From contig NC_087251.1 of assembly GCF_037042905.1 (NCBI RefSeq), positions 35,342,001 to 35,406,000 on the forward strand: a DNA stretch of 64,000 nucleotides, read 5' to 3'. This DNA is from Lytechinus pictus. Lineage: Eukaryota. Position numbers and translations under genes: made by a program. The notes under the pieces are model-generated. The model was not told where the DNA came from and made no database searches. It saw only the letters and a program-made list of their open reading frames with translations. Shown in pieces: positions 1-13,849 of the stretch. Within the stretch, counting starts at the first letter, position 1, and every line of letters begins with the position of its first letter.

Positions 1-1062
1 CCATGGCGATTCAAGAATGTAAAATGTGCTCACGAACAATTGAAATAGAATATAGATAGGAATTCTCCGTAAGGTAATATACCATTATTGCATCGTTCAT
101 GAAAGAGGACTACACAGGTTTTCAATGAAGAATGCAGAAATGCATTTTTCTCCCCTTTAAACTGAATAATGGAGATAAGAGCTTCACATGGAAGCAATTT
201 CTTAAACAAATTTCATTATGAAGCTATATAAACCTGACTGTGATATCCCTTTCCCAACGACCATAGCGTAATGAGATTAAGCAACCCTACCTTAATCATT
301 TTATTACAGCCATTTTCAGAACTAGTGCATTCCCTGATAATAAAGTTAGAACTTAATCATATCACCTTAACCATCAATGAATCCTTAACTAAAACACCTA
401 AAATCATTTGAAAGTCGATTAAAATCCCCTATACTAAAAACGCCTCAACCACCTGAACATGCTGAAAGAGCATTATGAACATGATGAAGCTAAATTCCCA
501 ACTACTCAATTCTGGTCACGAGCCGTTACTCTAACTGAAAAAAATTGGTCATGTAGTCTAATGTTATACACCGAATAGAATCCATCTACTCTCTGAAATA
601 TTTATAATACAAATATCATGTTGGAAAAGAACAAACGATTGTAACATGCTTAAAACATATCGTAACGAGATGAATCTTGTTTTATAATACAATAAAATGG
701 CCGATCAAATGTTATGTCAATATCAACGTTATATTAAACATTTTAATTTGATAAAGAGAAGGCGCGATTCTAGGAGGGAATGGGCTCTGGTCCATTTGGC
801 CCAAAATTAGTAAGTACGCTGCATTGGATTGGGGCACTCTTTTCTGTCCATTGAATGTTTGTATGGATATTGGCTCATTTTGAAGTGAATACTGTTTTCC
901 TTGTCATTTTTTTCATAGATGATTATATATGTCTGTATGTTTGTTGAGTGGTTTCCTTGTTTTTTCTGATTTTTTAAATTTTATGGCTGTAAAGACCGTT
1001 TTTTGCCCCCGCCCATATCCCTGAGTCCAGTTTCATGAGAATTGTTATATTAGCAAATGGAC

Positions 1063-1121
<59 letters not shown>

Positions 1122-1139
<18 letters not shown>

Positions 1140-1319
1140 TAACAAGTGCACACCTAGTTACCAATAATGCACATAGCATTTCCATTCATTTGAAACCAGG
1201 ATGAAAGAGCATTGCAGATTAAATGCCTTGCTCACGGGCATGGGTGCCGCGGCCGGGATCGAACCCAAGACTTTCCCATTATAGCCGGGCGCCTTAGACC
1301 ACTCGGCCACGGCACCTCC
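1122..1319 (-). mobile_element. tRNA-derived SINE
   Basis: Minus strand has A box TGGCCGAGTGG, B box GGTTCGATCCC, then GAGCAAGGCA; a (TTA)n-like tail abuts the TA microsatellite. Confidence 0.75.
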
Positions 1320-2494
1320 ACTTCAAATTCAAACAAATTTACGATCAGCCGATCAAATCTAACCTGTTACCTCAATTTTTGTTTAATTTCATTTTTTTCA
1401 TGAAGCGGGCTCTACTAAAGAGGTAGATTATTCAAGACAGATGCTCCAGTGCAGGGTCAAAATAATCACTTTATAGGTCAGAGTCAATTGAAAAATAGAC
1501 CATTCCACCTGCATTCTCCTCTTCGCGATACAAGAGGTTGTAACTATTTTCCTTGTGCATTTTAGGTGTCAAGTAGGATAAAAAAGATTGAAGTATCACT
1601 TTCTGGGTTGTCAAGATGACAGATCAAGCTGGGATTTCACTTCTGATAAAATCTAATGTTACACAAGTCATTTTCAGATGGGTTTTCCCCCATGACAGAG
1701 ATGAACGATCGATCGATGATGTTGCTCTTGATGTTCATAGTTGTTGTTGTTGTTTAGATGCATGTTGACATTATGATATCCAAATAACTGTCACTATTCA
1801 TTTGGTCAGATCTGTGGAGATTTCCCCCATGTCTTAGATGATCAAAACAAGATATTTTTCTCTGTTTTGTGGTTGTTGATGTTTAGTTACTTGTTGACAT
1901 TATAATGTCCTAATTACTGAGGACGTTTGCTTTATAGTCCGATCTGATGGACTATCGTCGTGGTTAACAGAGGGCGTATCCGATATGGATGTGGGAATAG
2001 AAATCCGAGATCAGACGGAGACGTGGGTGCTTAATCTTCTTAGAAAATTTGTAAACGGGGTAGATGACGTATATAGCATCTTGTAAATTCAGAAGGAGGT
2101 GAGGAAAGTATGTGTTGGACTGATATATCATCTCGATATAGAAAACATTACTTTCTTTTAACATCTTATTTAGAGCATGATACAGGTTAAGGTGTAACAA
2201 GTGAATGACATTTAGTTGTTTTTTATACCAATGATCGAGATAGATACAGACCGATATGTTTGTTCTTAAATCGCTTGTTTTTTTTTCTTCTTTTCATCAT
2301 GAGAGCCTAACCTACATGATGCTGATAAGCTGATGCACGTTTTCAAAGACAAGAATACTAGGAATGGCGGAAAAGATCACGGTGCCGTCTACTTGCTTGA
2401 AATATTGAAAAATACATTTATAAACATTTCTCAATATCTATGTCCACCCCTCCCTCCCCCAATATACTGTATATATTACAAATAAACTCTTTAA

Positions 2495-2946
2495 TAGACC
2501 AGCTCGTAGTTACTTCTGGGACAATTTTGGTCAAATGACCTTTCATTTCTTTCATTATGATAGGCAGATTTCAAAGCAAGATATTACGTAAGCTTGCCTT
2601 ACATAGCAGGATGAAGAAATTGAATAGACCAGGTGACTAGAATAGCACACCAATGAACACTTTATGGATGTATTTGTTGTATTCCTACTTTAAATGCATA
2701 TCATAGCATGTTGCACAATGTACTTGGCAAACTGTGAAATACCAGTCGTTCGTGGACGCATTGTTGTTTTTTGTGGATGTAAATGAAAACCACAATTTAA
2801 AAGAATATATGAATAACCAAGACATCAAAGTTGGTACTTATCTCATTAGATTTTAAACCACCATGTCACTTTAGTACAAATGACCTTCCTCTGATCATGC
2901 GTAGAATCTTTTGATCATGCGCAGAAAGGAACTACGAACTGGCTTA
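2495..2946. mobile_element. Non-autonomous DNA element with imperfect TIRs
   Basis: TAGACCAGCTCGTAGTTAC ... GGAACTACGAACTGGCTTA, with TTAA on both flanks. Confidence 0.55.
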
Positions 2947-3029
2947 TTAATGTTATACCATTCATGAATAGCTCATTAACATATGTATTGTTAGGTTTGG
3001 TCCGGGCAGTGATTGTGCCTTTACTTGAA

Positions 3030-3155
3030 TAATATAGGGTATTTATATTGCGCACATATCCACCTTGTTAGGTGCTCAAGGCGCTCCTATATTACCCGGC
3101 TAAGCTAGGCGTTCATAGCGCACACAGCTTTTTAAGGAATTACTTCCTACCGGTC
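3030..3155 (-). mobile_element. SINE/LINE 3' fragment with L2-type tail
   Basis: Reverse complement GCGCCTTGAGCACCTAACAAGGTGGATATGTGCG resembles the L2 3' end at about 39340-39375. Confidence 0.65.
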
Positions 3156-3571
3156 CCTTTTGACCTGGGCAGTGATCCGGTGCTTTGACCAGATACTTGG
3201 CATGTTTTAGGGAAAGGATGTGTGTGCCTATAGCATTAAAAAAAATGTCAATTAGATTTCAAATACGCATCTTCAGACATGGAGTTGGCAAGCCACGTAG
3301 CCTACTAAATGGCATGCGAATAGGGGAGAGAAGGACCAAAAGCTGGGATGATGGCGTCCCAACGGATACTAAAAGATGACTTGACGTTTTGAAGTAGCGC
3401 GTTATGGACAGAGATAGAACGACAGAGAAAAAGGTGGAGATAGACAGAGAGATAAAGAATTCATTATGAACTCAAGAAGAAGGATTAAATGATATTCTGG
3501 CAATTAAGTGGCTCCTTAATAATGTTGACCAAAATCGGATATATCTAATACCGTGTTTTTTTTTCTTTCAG

Positions 3572-3694
3572 GTCTTAAAACACCAGAAAAACCTCCATCA
3601 TTTTGTGAAACGATCTGTGAAGGATGCACCTCGTAGTCGTCGACAAAGAAGAAGCATTGATGATGCTGCCACTCTACTGAAACAAGACCCTATG
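3572..3694 (+). CDS. PCSK2: PC2 coding exon (prodomain, internal RQRR basic site)
   Basis: ttttctttcag|...|gtaaga boundaries. Translates VLKHQKNLHHFVKRSVKDAPRSRRQRRSIDDAATLLKQDPM, which resembles the PC2 prodomain (YHF...RRRS...L..DP.V) and joins the next exon in phase 0. Confidence 0.85.
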
Positions 3695-4274
3695 GTAAGA
3701 ACCATCTATCTGACCATTATCCGTGGCCCACTTTGAAAACCTCACCGGAAGAGTCAGAATATTTTGACCACTAAAAAAAGAAAGATCATAGGATACCGCA
3801 ATTTTAGCCTAAAGCACTTTCCTATGAATATAATCCTGACAAGAAACCAAAAATATTAATATCTATATATGAATAAGAAAGGTGGTTACTCTGCCCCTTG
3901 AGTCCCTACGCCAACATGTACGCTAGTGTCCACAGTGGAGTGTCAAATGCGGCGTACGTGACTTGTATACTTCAAAATACGTGCGACAGCTTACCATCAC
4001 ACTAGCACATGAGGCCGCACATGATTGGCGAACAATTCTCCTCTCTTTTTGTACTTTTCAGGTAACTGATAATGTATGCCAGAACAAACCTATGGTATCA
4101 TGATGCGATCTGCTGGTAAAATACGATGATGTCGTTCATCTGGGTAAAAATGTAATTGGTGCATGGTGGTAAAAAAAATCGTACACCTAATATAGTTCAC
4201 CAAATGGCGCATGGGGGATTTCGTCTATTGAAATCATCATCCTCACGGTCCTGGGAGCGGGGTGCTACGAATAT

Positions 4275-4402
4275 GTTATAGCAGGGTCCGCTGGGAAAAC
4301 AGTTTTCAGAACTGAAGTGGCTTCCCTGGGTAAATATACCTATATTATTATTGTTATTATTATTATCATTATTATTATCATTATTATTATTATTATTATT
4401 AT
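4275..4402 (+). mobile_element. Retroposon 3' end with (TTA)n tail
   Basis: CAGGG...CAGTT/AACTG...CCCTG stem-loop followed by about 60 bp of (TTA)n. Confidence 0.5.
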
Positions 4403-6052
4403 ACGCAATAGGCAGCATCCCTTAGAAATCCGGTTGGTATGCTAAAAATGTTAATGTATACATTTTACCAAAATCACCTATATTTTTGAGTAATTTTTTT
4501 ATTTTAATTATATATGTGTGTGTGTATATGTATTTGTATATATTTTTTTTTTTTTGGGGGGGGGGCTTATCAAACTTTTTCTGAGCCAAAATATCTTCAT
4601 TTTCGAGTGAACCTAACATTTTTTTTCAACAGCCAGCAGTACCCCTTCTTAAAAAATCGTTCCCATAAGATGCGATAAAAAAGGAGATCGAGTTTATACA
4701 TAATCGCCAAACGTGACATGTCTGTTTCAGAGAACCAGTTCAAATATCAAGTCACATGATTTCAATACACAGTTGCAAATATGAAGATGCCCCTGCAGGC
4801 TGCAGTGCTTATTGTCTTACAAATTCCATTTCATCAGGTGATGAAAATAAACAACAACATTAAAACTATGTTCAGATATCCAATTACCGTTCTTCCATTT
4901 AACAGAATTGAAATCTTCATTCACGAGCTTGAATGTGTGTTTCCATAGAGCAATGTCTCGTTTTGTACTTATTTTATCACTTGACCCCTCGTGTTTTTCT
5001 GTGTCGCTTGAGATGCTTTAACTATGAAAATGACAGGCATTATAATGGTGTAGTATTTAAAACCTAATTTTTTATCACCCTCCAGCGCCATGGCTGATAT
5101 ACTGCTGTAGACAGTTTAATATTTATTTCACGACAGTTTAAAACTAATGGCAAAACTCTAAGGCCCATGGCCATGATAGTCATGATTTGAAACGTTGATA
5201 AAGGGTTCAAATGTACAGAAATCTCAAAAAATGGGCTTTTGGGGTTAATTCGTTGGAGCCTGGTAGTATCGAAGACTGTCTACCAGTATGCCAATTTCAA
5301 TAAGTTTCCCTAAATGATGATTTTAATTAGATGATCTTAATTATTGGACAATCATATTGAATTAACTAAAGAGCAACCTGTACTCTGATAGAACACTTTC
5401 AAACTTATAGATCCAATTTTTGGAGCACTCGATTGGTAATTTATTGAATTCCCCTTGTATTTATATTGGTATCTTAGCATTTCCCGATTGGTATATGTAT
5501 CACATCAGAAATGGTTCTTCTTAATTACTTTGATATCAAAAGTAGATGTTGACATAATAATAATATGATAACGATTCTCAAGATATATCTGTACTAGCAA
5601 AGTCTACACATGCCATGCTTATTTTATGGTAAGCATTTTTAAGAAGATGACGAGGTAATATGTGGTTACGTAACAAAAGTACTATCAGCAATAGTGAGTT
5701 GATTGATAATCAACGATCCGGGATTTATTGATTGCTCAAAAATAACTACATTGTATCTTATTGCAAACGGTTCATTTCTGAAAAATGCATGTATTTGGCC
5801 TTTTCTAGGGCAAATACTGTTTTGAAGATTTGCACAAACTTTTTAATATTTCATCATCTTCCATTTTAATAAAAAATAAATCCTTCTTAATCGTTCCATG
5901 AACCATAAATCTTTCAATTTTCTTTAAAAAATGCCAGTCTTGCGATTGGTTCCTTGTAAATATCCACCATAGTATATTCCTGAGATGCTTGTTTTGCTCT
6001 AATTTGTAACCCGATTCTTTAATATGATTTCAATCATAATAAAGACTTTCAT

Positions 6053-6661
6053 GAAACCTGGCTGTATTTGAAAAAAAAACGGCAGTGGGAGTTTCTTCTT
6101 TTGGAGATATAACTTCCAAAAACAAAATAACTCTTTTTGGGGGGATATGAACTACCAATAACCAGTTCAAAATTCCAATCTCCTATTTAATTTACCCTGT
6201 AATAATTAGAAACTTGGCTGTAATTGAAAAAAACGGCAGTGGGAGTTTCTTCTTTTGGAGATGTAACTTCCAAAAACAAAATAACTTTTTTGGGGGGATA
6301 TGAACTACCAATAACCAGTTCAAATTCCAATCTCCTATTTAATTTTCCCTGTAATAATTAGAAACTTGGCTGTAATTGAAAAAAACGGCAGTGGGAGTTT
6401 CTTCTTTTGGAGATGTAACTTCCAAAAACAAAATAACTTTTTGGGGGATATGAACTACCAATAACCAGTTCAAATTCCAATCTCCTATTTAATTTTCCCT
6501 GTAATAATTAGAAACTTGGCTGTAATTGAAAAAAACGGCAGTGGGAGTTTCTTCTTTTGGAGATGTAACTTCCAAAAACAAAATAACTTTTTGGGGGGAT
6601 ATGAACTACCAATAACCAGTTCAAAATTCCAATCTCCTATTTAATTTTCCCTGTAATAATT
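6053..6661. repeat. Tandem repeat, 4 copies of about 150-156 bp
   Basis: GAAAC(C/T)TGGCTGTA recurs at 6053, 6209, 6361 and 6511; units differ mainly in homopolymer lengths. Confidence 0.95.
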
Positions 6662-9600
6662 CGACTGTTTTTATGGTTTTAATGGTATGTTTATAGATTC
6701 AGAAAATACTGCATGTTTAGTGTCAAATTATATAGCAAATGGACTAAGCTGAAACAGTGCTCTGAGAATAAAAACAAAAAGCAGACTCTGTTTATAACCA
6801 GATTTATACAAGGTAGTTCAACGCTTTGATAATGATAATGATGAAAATAAAAACCTTCTTTAAACCAATTATCCTCATGCAATATAAAAATGAATGTACG
6901 TTACCAGGGTAACGATGACGTCATTGTATTAGTACATCAGAGCCCGATGTAATGCAGTACTGATCCCGCTTGTATTATCACCCTGGATAGTGCAGGGTCG
7001 GAGTGTGAAAATGATGTCTTTCAGGGCATCGAAAAATGGTTCTGAGGAATTGTTCTTTTTGTAATGATCATAATTCACTCGCAGTCAAGGCAAGCATCCA
7101 AGATACGTATTCACTGCCAATAGATGAATCAAATTGATCTATTTCTTACATTTTATGCAGCTCCTTTTACTTTAAAAATCAACAACGTCAAGCTCCCCAC
7201 CGAAATTGGCTTAAAAGAAATATACAAATTATGTTTTAAATGTATTATGTATTTTATAATATCATGTTCCTCATTATAAAGTGGCATCGAATTTTGACTG
7301 GCGTTTTATGGCTAAAACAACCCAAAAAGAATATAATAATGGTATTAATGATAATGATAATGATCATAATAGTAACAGTAAATGATGATGATGATGAGAT
7401 GATGATAAAAACAGATGAATGAAAAAAAAAGCTGCAAATCATTTAAATGATTTTAAAACATTGGCGAGATCGTCGTTTATTGAGGAGCAAATGTATAGGC
7501 ATATTTGATAATGTTCGCATTCTCAGAAAAAAAATGTGAACCTAGATCTAGTTGAATCACACACGATATATCAACAGAATGCCAAGTACGTTGGTTTTAT
7601 GATAATTTCCCATTTGTAATAAATGCCTTGTTTTGATATGCGTGACAGCAATGATATGACAAGAAGAAACATAATGGATATCTGATCTTAAGCCTGTAGT
7701 CATAACGGCATAATTATTTCTTGCTTTATGTAAGAAAATGACTTTGATTGATGTTTAATGATAGATATTGTGCTTGCTCTACTTGTCAAGTTTGTAAAAG
7801 GAAAAGAGTCTGCATGCGTCATAGAAATGTTTCCATAGCATATGGACGATTTGAAAGCGCGGGAAAGGTAAGAGCACTTGGGGCAAAATGCGATTAAGTC
7901 TGATAACATAAAGGTCATTCTTGCCCAACATATGGCTGCAGTGCTGTATATTCTTGGTTTAACTACACACTCCCTTCTATTAACGCATAAAAGCCTAGTG
8001 TTAACCGGTGTACGTGCAGGGTAACATCAGTAATTTTTATCCAGTGTTAAGTTTGGTGTTAAGTGAACACCGATGGGTGTTATTATGACACTTTTGGCTA
8101 ACATTGTTCGGTGCTATGTTTCCATTTCTTGATTTTAATTTGAACACCTCAGGGAATGATCCTTTAGGGACACCAACTGATGTCGGTTTAAACACTCGAA
8201 TATTTACATTATGCTTTTTGGATATCACGTACTTTACTGTATATGTTTCTATTTACCTCTTTAAATAGTATACAAATAATGAATGTTCATGAGTGCAATT
8301 CATCTTTCACCGAATTAAGTAGTTTGTCCATTACACGAATGAAAAGAACATTCATTATATGGTTTACATGACACCTACAAATTTATTCTTTTTCATATGA
8401 AATATGAGAATTTCGATGCAATAAATGGTCATGCAGAGCGAGCGCTGTCTGATGATTATCGCGTACATACAACATGCGCGCTTCAAACATGAGTAGTTTT
8501 GATGTGGTGCATGCCTGTTGTTTCGGAGCGCGCATGCAATAGACAAAATCGTATGGGGTATGGGTCCATAATTGCACGATGCATGGATCGAAAATTGCAC
8601 GGTTGATGACGTCATTGTAAAATGAGCTGAATGATCGATATCAAACAACCAATCAAATGACAAGGATCTATCTAGGTGTCAAATAATAAATTTTATATCC
8701 TTCATATAAAATTAAATCATGTACATGTATGCTGATTGGTTTAAATAGCATCATGTGACCAAACATATTCTCACTATTTGCGATGATGTCGAAAATGAGA
8801 CGCCAACCGAAGAAAATGTGTTATTCCGTGACGTCAATGATGGAAGAGTCGACTATTCCATCATTGACGTCACAGATCATTGACAGAGATCATGCAATCT
8901 CTCGGGTGCACTGGTCGGCGAGTTGACTCCACCGGGCAAGTCTCGTGAAGGGACGGCGCAGGCACAAATCCGCGTTCCGCTGAGCGCGTGGTTTCGGGAA
9001 AAGTAGATTAGTCTGCGCAGCGCGTTATCTATATTTAAGTTCAGATTAAGAAAATATGAACTACGTGTACAAGAGTAGATAGGCTATTCTACCTTATTAA
9101 ATGTAGGGTATAAAACAAATATACCAGGCCTTTACTTCGAAAGTATAGAGGGAATTATTTATCCTCGGTTGTACTGGCCAAATTAATACTTTTCCCGCTA
9201 TATACTTACTCAAAGCGTGGTATAATTATATAATATACTGGAAAGACAGGTGATATAGTAAGGGATAAGTGAGATGAAAATCGAGAAAAACCCACATGAC
9301 AGTTATATTGATCTCTCAAGTTGAGCTCCCTTCAGAGTCTTTGTGTATGCTACCTGTCATCTTTATTTCATCCCGGACATGCCTCTTTTTACGAAATAAT
9401 TTTAAAGATATTATCAAGGTGAAAAGCGTTTTCAGAAGGGAGTTTTTTAAAGATCGAATCTCTTAATCTTATTTGTAGATCATCTTTCAAAAGTACGAGA
9501 CACTCCGTAAATAGAACGAGATTTCTCTTTTGCCGTAAATACTTCGCGGTTGGGGCGATATCAATTCCTTGTTGAATGGTTAGATTCCCTCACTTGAAAT

Positions 9601-10154
9601 GGTATTGAGATACAGAATTACGCGAAGATACTGGCAGATCAAAAGATATAAAAAAAGAGTATGAGTTGAAAAAAAAATGTCGGTGAGGAAAGCTTTATAT
9701 CATACAGAATAATAATATCATAAATAGTATTCTAAAGGTTGTGTCAAGTTTGTTAGAGCCACTGCCCCATCCTCCTCCCCAAAACAACAATAAAGAAAGA
9801 AAAAAACCATTCTTAACAGAAATTGTTTTACCCCTGATTTCTTATACTTGAACTATTCCCTTCGAACTTTTCTCTAGACATTTAAATGAATTATTCCTGA
9901 GTATTTCATATTTTTATTGTAAAAAGAACAGAATAATATCGATAATACATTGAATAAATACAAAAAAAATCCACTTATAAGTTGATGACTTTCCACTTTT
10001 AGTGTAATAAGACACACACGCGCGCACCCTTTCCAGAGCTTTATGGGTATGCGTATAGAGGGTGTGCGTGCGTGCGTTTTGGATGTGGGTGTAGATATGT
10101 TTTGTCAATGTTTTCCTCATGCCTTATTCAAACCATAATCAGAATGATTAAATG

Positions 10155-10190
<36 letters not shown>

Positions 10191-10568
10191 GCCTTCTGCT
10201 TCTGCCAAATCATAGCTATACTTCAAACTAATTTACTTGGCCCATAACCCACCACCCCTGCGGTTAAAAGTGTTATGTATAAGAATTTATATGATTTTTA
10301 CTAGAAATGTCGAAAATATGGGTGCATTGTTGATGGAATTCATAAATCAACTCAATTTAAACATTGTTTTCCATCAGTAGCGGAGGCTTTGCTCATTTCC
10401 CAAGTGCTCAGTATTTTTTATCCCGATCACTCATTCACTCTCTTATGTGAGTAAGAGAAAACAGTGTCGCAAAAAGATAGTTATCATGTAAATGAATTAT
10501 CAAATTGCATGTTAATGTTGTGATTCATTGATAGTGAACATAATATTTTCTGCTAATGTCTATATGTA

Positions 10569-10819
10569 CACAGCAAAAACTGTGCTGAACTGCTGTCTGT
10601 TGGTGTATATACAGGATCACACCAGTCATTTTAATCCGGTGTTAAATGTTTAGTGTTAGAACAACACCTATATGCATGTTAATACAATACATTTGGTTGT
10701 TACTTTACACTCATTGATGTGGTGTCCGATCTTCAAGGTGTAACTTTAACACCTCAGGGTGTGGTTCCTGAAAAGGGGACACCAACTGGTTTTAGTTTTA
10801 AGACCCTAGTTTTACAGTG
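10569..10819. mobile_element. About 250-bp MITE (CACAG...CAGTG ends); relatives at about 7.99-8.24, 32.0-32.3 and 43.50-43.74 kb
   Basis: Shared ACACC/GGTGTT-rich internal sequence in four degenerate copies, aligned by eye. Confidence 0.55.
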
Positions 10820-11957
10820 GATATAATAAACTGTATAGACTGTGTGCTGGAAACAACTGTATAACCAGTATTAATATGAAGGCCTACGATGATGCGATAT
10901 TTATTTTTGATCATAGCTTGAAGCATACATCACAACATACCCATTAATAATGTATAAAGTATTGGAAATATGCTGCAACTGACATGATAGCTTTATTTTA
11001 ATATTCCTACTTATATACAGTATACAGTTCATAAAGACATCGGACCATCTCCTTAAAACTAATTTTACTAAATTTGAATCATGAGTGGTTCAAAACACTA
11101 TCACATCAAACAGGATATTGCATGTGCGATGATGGTTGAGCAATAGTCTTGAAAGTGACAAACAAAAGCAAATACCTCTACTTTCGTATTTTCATTTTCG
11201 ATCAATTTCGAGACTATCATCTAATAACAAAACATGGAGTAAAACTGACAGGCTGTATTAAAACTATGCAAGTTGCTGCCATTTATTTGTGAAAACTATT
11301 CGTCATGACTATGGTGATAATAAGTATTTGCCACAATTCCTCGCGTATCGCATTTCAGGTTTTATTTATGACACCCAATCTGTATGTAGGAAAGGTTGAC
11401 GTAAGATGAACAAAATATGAAGAAATTGAATTAAGATTCTCTTTCTGTTACAAAAATCTTTATTTCATTTTGACGATCATGTAGTTTATGTTTGATATTC
11501 TATAAATATCTAGGTTATTGTCTTGAGACTGATGTCAAACAGAGAAAATAAGGAATCCTTATTTATAAATAGAAAAAAAAGTTACATCTTTCAAATCGGA
11601 TTTGACTGACTCTGCGCTATTTTTTTTTATATGAAACGATGAATACATTCCTGGTGGCTATGAATTTGATGTTAATTTTTGCAGGACTGGATTCGCTATT
11701 AATAACGACTCTTTTTACAAGGAAGATATAGTAATGATTGAAAAAAAAATAATTTCTGTATAAAAAAAAAATGCATATTCATATTTACTAGATCAGTGTT
11801 GACATCCGTGTGGTAGTTTAGTGTCCTTTTCATTTTAATTCAAAATCTAATAATATTATAATTCGATTATGAGTTATATTATAGTTTGCTTGAAAAGCTT
11901 TTAATTAGGTTTAGAATGTCATTATATAAATAACGATGCGAGGTTTTTGCATATATA

Positions 11958-13849
11958 CACTACTCAAAAAAAGTTAAGGACCACTTTTTAAAACGTAAAG
12001 ATTTTATACAAGGTGTTTTATTTCTGGAAATACCTCAGTACAACTGTCCTAAATGTCCTTAAACACGCTGTAATTAATTTCACGCATGGGTGGTTTCAGT
12101 TGTTGCACAATGTCTCTCGCATCACTGCACATCCTGAAAAGTGGGCCCCGAGGGGTATCAGCTACCGACATGAAGTGGTAAAAACGAATGTCTGAGTGTC
12201 TTTCAGGCAGTTCAGTAACGAGTGTGACCACCTCCTGCAGCAATAACGGCTTCACAGCGCTGTCTCATGGAGCTGATGAGGCGATTGATGTCTCTGACGT
12301 CCAGTGCATCCCATGCAGCCTCCAGAGCCACACCCAGCTGCTGCAGTCCAAGTGGATGGGCTTCGAGCTGCTCGAGACTCCTCCCCATCATGTCCCAGAC
12401 GTGCTCTATCGGGTTTAAGTCCGGGGACCTCGCTGGCCACTCCATACGCTCAATCCCCTGGCCCTCAAGGAACTCGGTCACCACCCTAGCTCGGTGGGCA
12501 CGGGCATTGTCATCCATGAAAATGATGTTTTGTCCCACATTTTCTGCAAATGGCACCACTATAGGTTCAAGGACCTCATCCCTGTACCTCACTCCTGTCA
12601 TTGCTCCCCCTGGGACCACGTAGAGACGAGTACGGTTGGCGTAGGTGATGCCTCCCCACACCATGACGCTGCCTCCCCCATAACGGTCATGTTCTGCAAT
12701 ACAGGGGTCTGCAAATCTCTCTCCTGGTCGCCTCCAGACTCTCGAACGTCCATCATTGTGGTCAAGGGAAAATCTGCTCTCATCTGTGAACAGAACTCTA
12801 CGCCATTGCTGTCTGGTCCATCTGACATGCTCCCGGGCCCAGTTGAGACGAATTCTTCTGTGAGCAGGGGTGAGTGGGACACACTGAGCTGGCCGTCTGG
12901 CATGCATATTGGCTCTGTGAAGTCGGTTACGGATTGTTTGAGTGGAAACAATCACTCCAGTTGCTGCAGCGAAGTCATTGTTGAGGCGGCGTGCACTGTG
13001 AAAGCGGTTGCGGAGGCTGAGATTCGTCAAGTAGCGATCATCTCTAGAGGTTGTCGAAACTGGTCGGCCACTGCGGGGTCTCTCGGAGTATAGCCCTGTC
13101 TCTCGGTGTCTTTGATTTGCTCTGCTAATGACACTGTGTGACACGCCCATCATTCTGGCTACTCTTCGCTGACTGAGGCCAGCTTCCAGCATCCCTAGGG
13201 CTCTGGCTACATCTGTTTCACTTAGGTGGTGTCTTGGCATTGCTGTTGTAGGCAAGTTGTTGATTGTACAGACTAAAGACGGAAAATGCTTTGGAAGACA
13301 CTTGTATTATGGCCCACTGCAATGATGCCAGAGACATCATGAAAGAACTGCATGTGTGAAATTGATGTCATTGTGTTTGATGGCATTCTGGACAGCTGTA
13401 TCTTGGCATTGCTATTGTCAGCAAGTTGTTGATTGTAGAGACTAAAGACAGAAAATGCTTTGGAAGCCACTTTTGTACGGGCACATTGCAATGATGCAAG
13501 AGACATGAAAGAACTGCATGTGTGAAATTGATTTCATTGTGTTTGATGGCATCCTGGACAGCTGTATCTTGGCATTGCTGTTGTCAGCAATTTGTTGATT
13601 GTAGAGACTAAAGACAGAAAATGCATTTGAATCCACATTTGTACCACTTCACAATGGGCCCACTTTTCAGGATATGCAATAATGCGAGAGACATCATGCA
13701 ACAACTGAAACCACCCATGTGTGAAATTGTTACAGGGTGTTTGAGGAGATTCAAGACAGCCATATTCGGGTATTTCTAGAAATACAACACCCGGTTTGAA
13801 AATTGTATACACACATTAAAAAGTGGTCCTTAACTTTTTTTGAGTAGTG
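11958..13849 (-). mobile_element. Full-length Tc1-family (DD34E) DNA transposon
   Basis: Perfect 34-bp TIRs CACTACTCAAAAAAAGTTAAGGACCACTTTTTAA (11958-11991 and 13816-13849), TA on both flanks, imperfect inverted similarity extending to about 220 bp, and an intact transposase ORF. Confidence 0.96.
12212..13240 (-). CDS. Tc1 transposase, 342 aa, uninterrupted
   Basis: ATG at 13240 (MPRHHLSE...). Paired-like HTH region with GRP motif, VLFTDESRF, and MDDNARAH...SPDLNPIEHVW with 34 residues between the second catalytic D and E. Confidence 0.95.
   Translation of the reverse strand: MPRHHLSETDVARALGMLEAGLSQRRVARMMGVSHSVISRANQRHRETGLYSERPRSGRPVSTTSRDDRYLTNLSLRNRFHSARRLNNDFAAATGVIVSTQTIRNRLHRANMHARRPAQCVPLTPAHRRIRLNWAREHVRWTRQQWRRVLFTDESRFSLDHNDGRSRVWRRPGERFADPCIAEHDRYGGGSVMVWGGITYANRTRLYVVPGGAMTGVRYRDEVLEPIVVPFAENVGQNIIFMDDNARAHRARVVTEFLEGQGIERMEWPARSPDLNPIEHVWDMMGRSLEQLEAHPLGLQQLGVALEAAWDALDVRDINRLISSMRQRCEAVIAAGGGHTRY

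Noticed and set aside
1930..2200. Possible Penelope-like RT remnant (minus-strand YRDD)
   Set aside because: A single short motif without supporting RT motifs; too weak without a profile search.
1..3571. PC2 signal-peptide exon
   Set aside because: No convincing ATG with hydrophobic leader and donor site was found; it probably lies upstream of the window.
12188..13093. Several ORFs overlapping the transposase
   Set aside because: Antisense or alternate-frame shadows of a GC-rich coding sequence.
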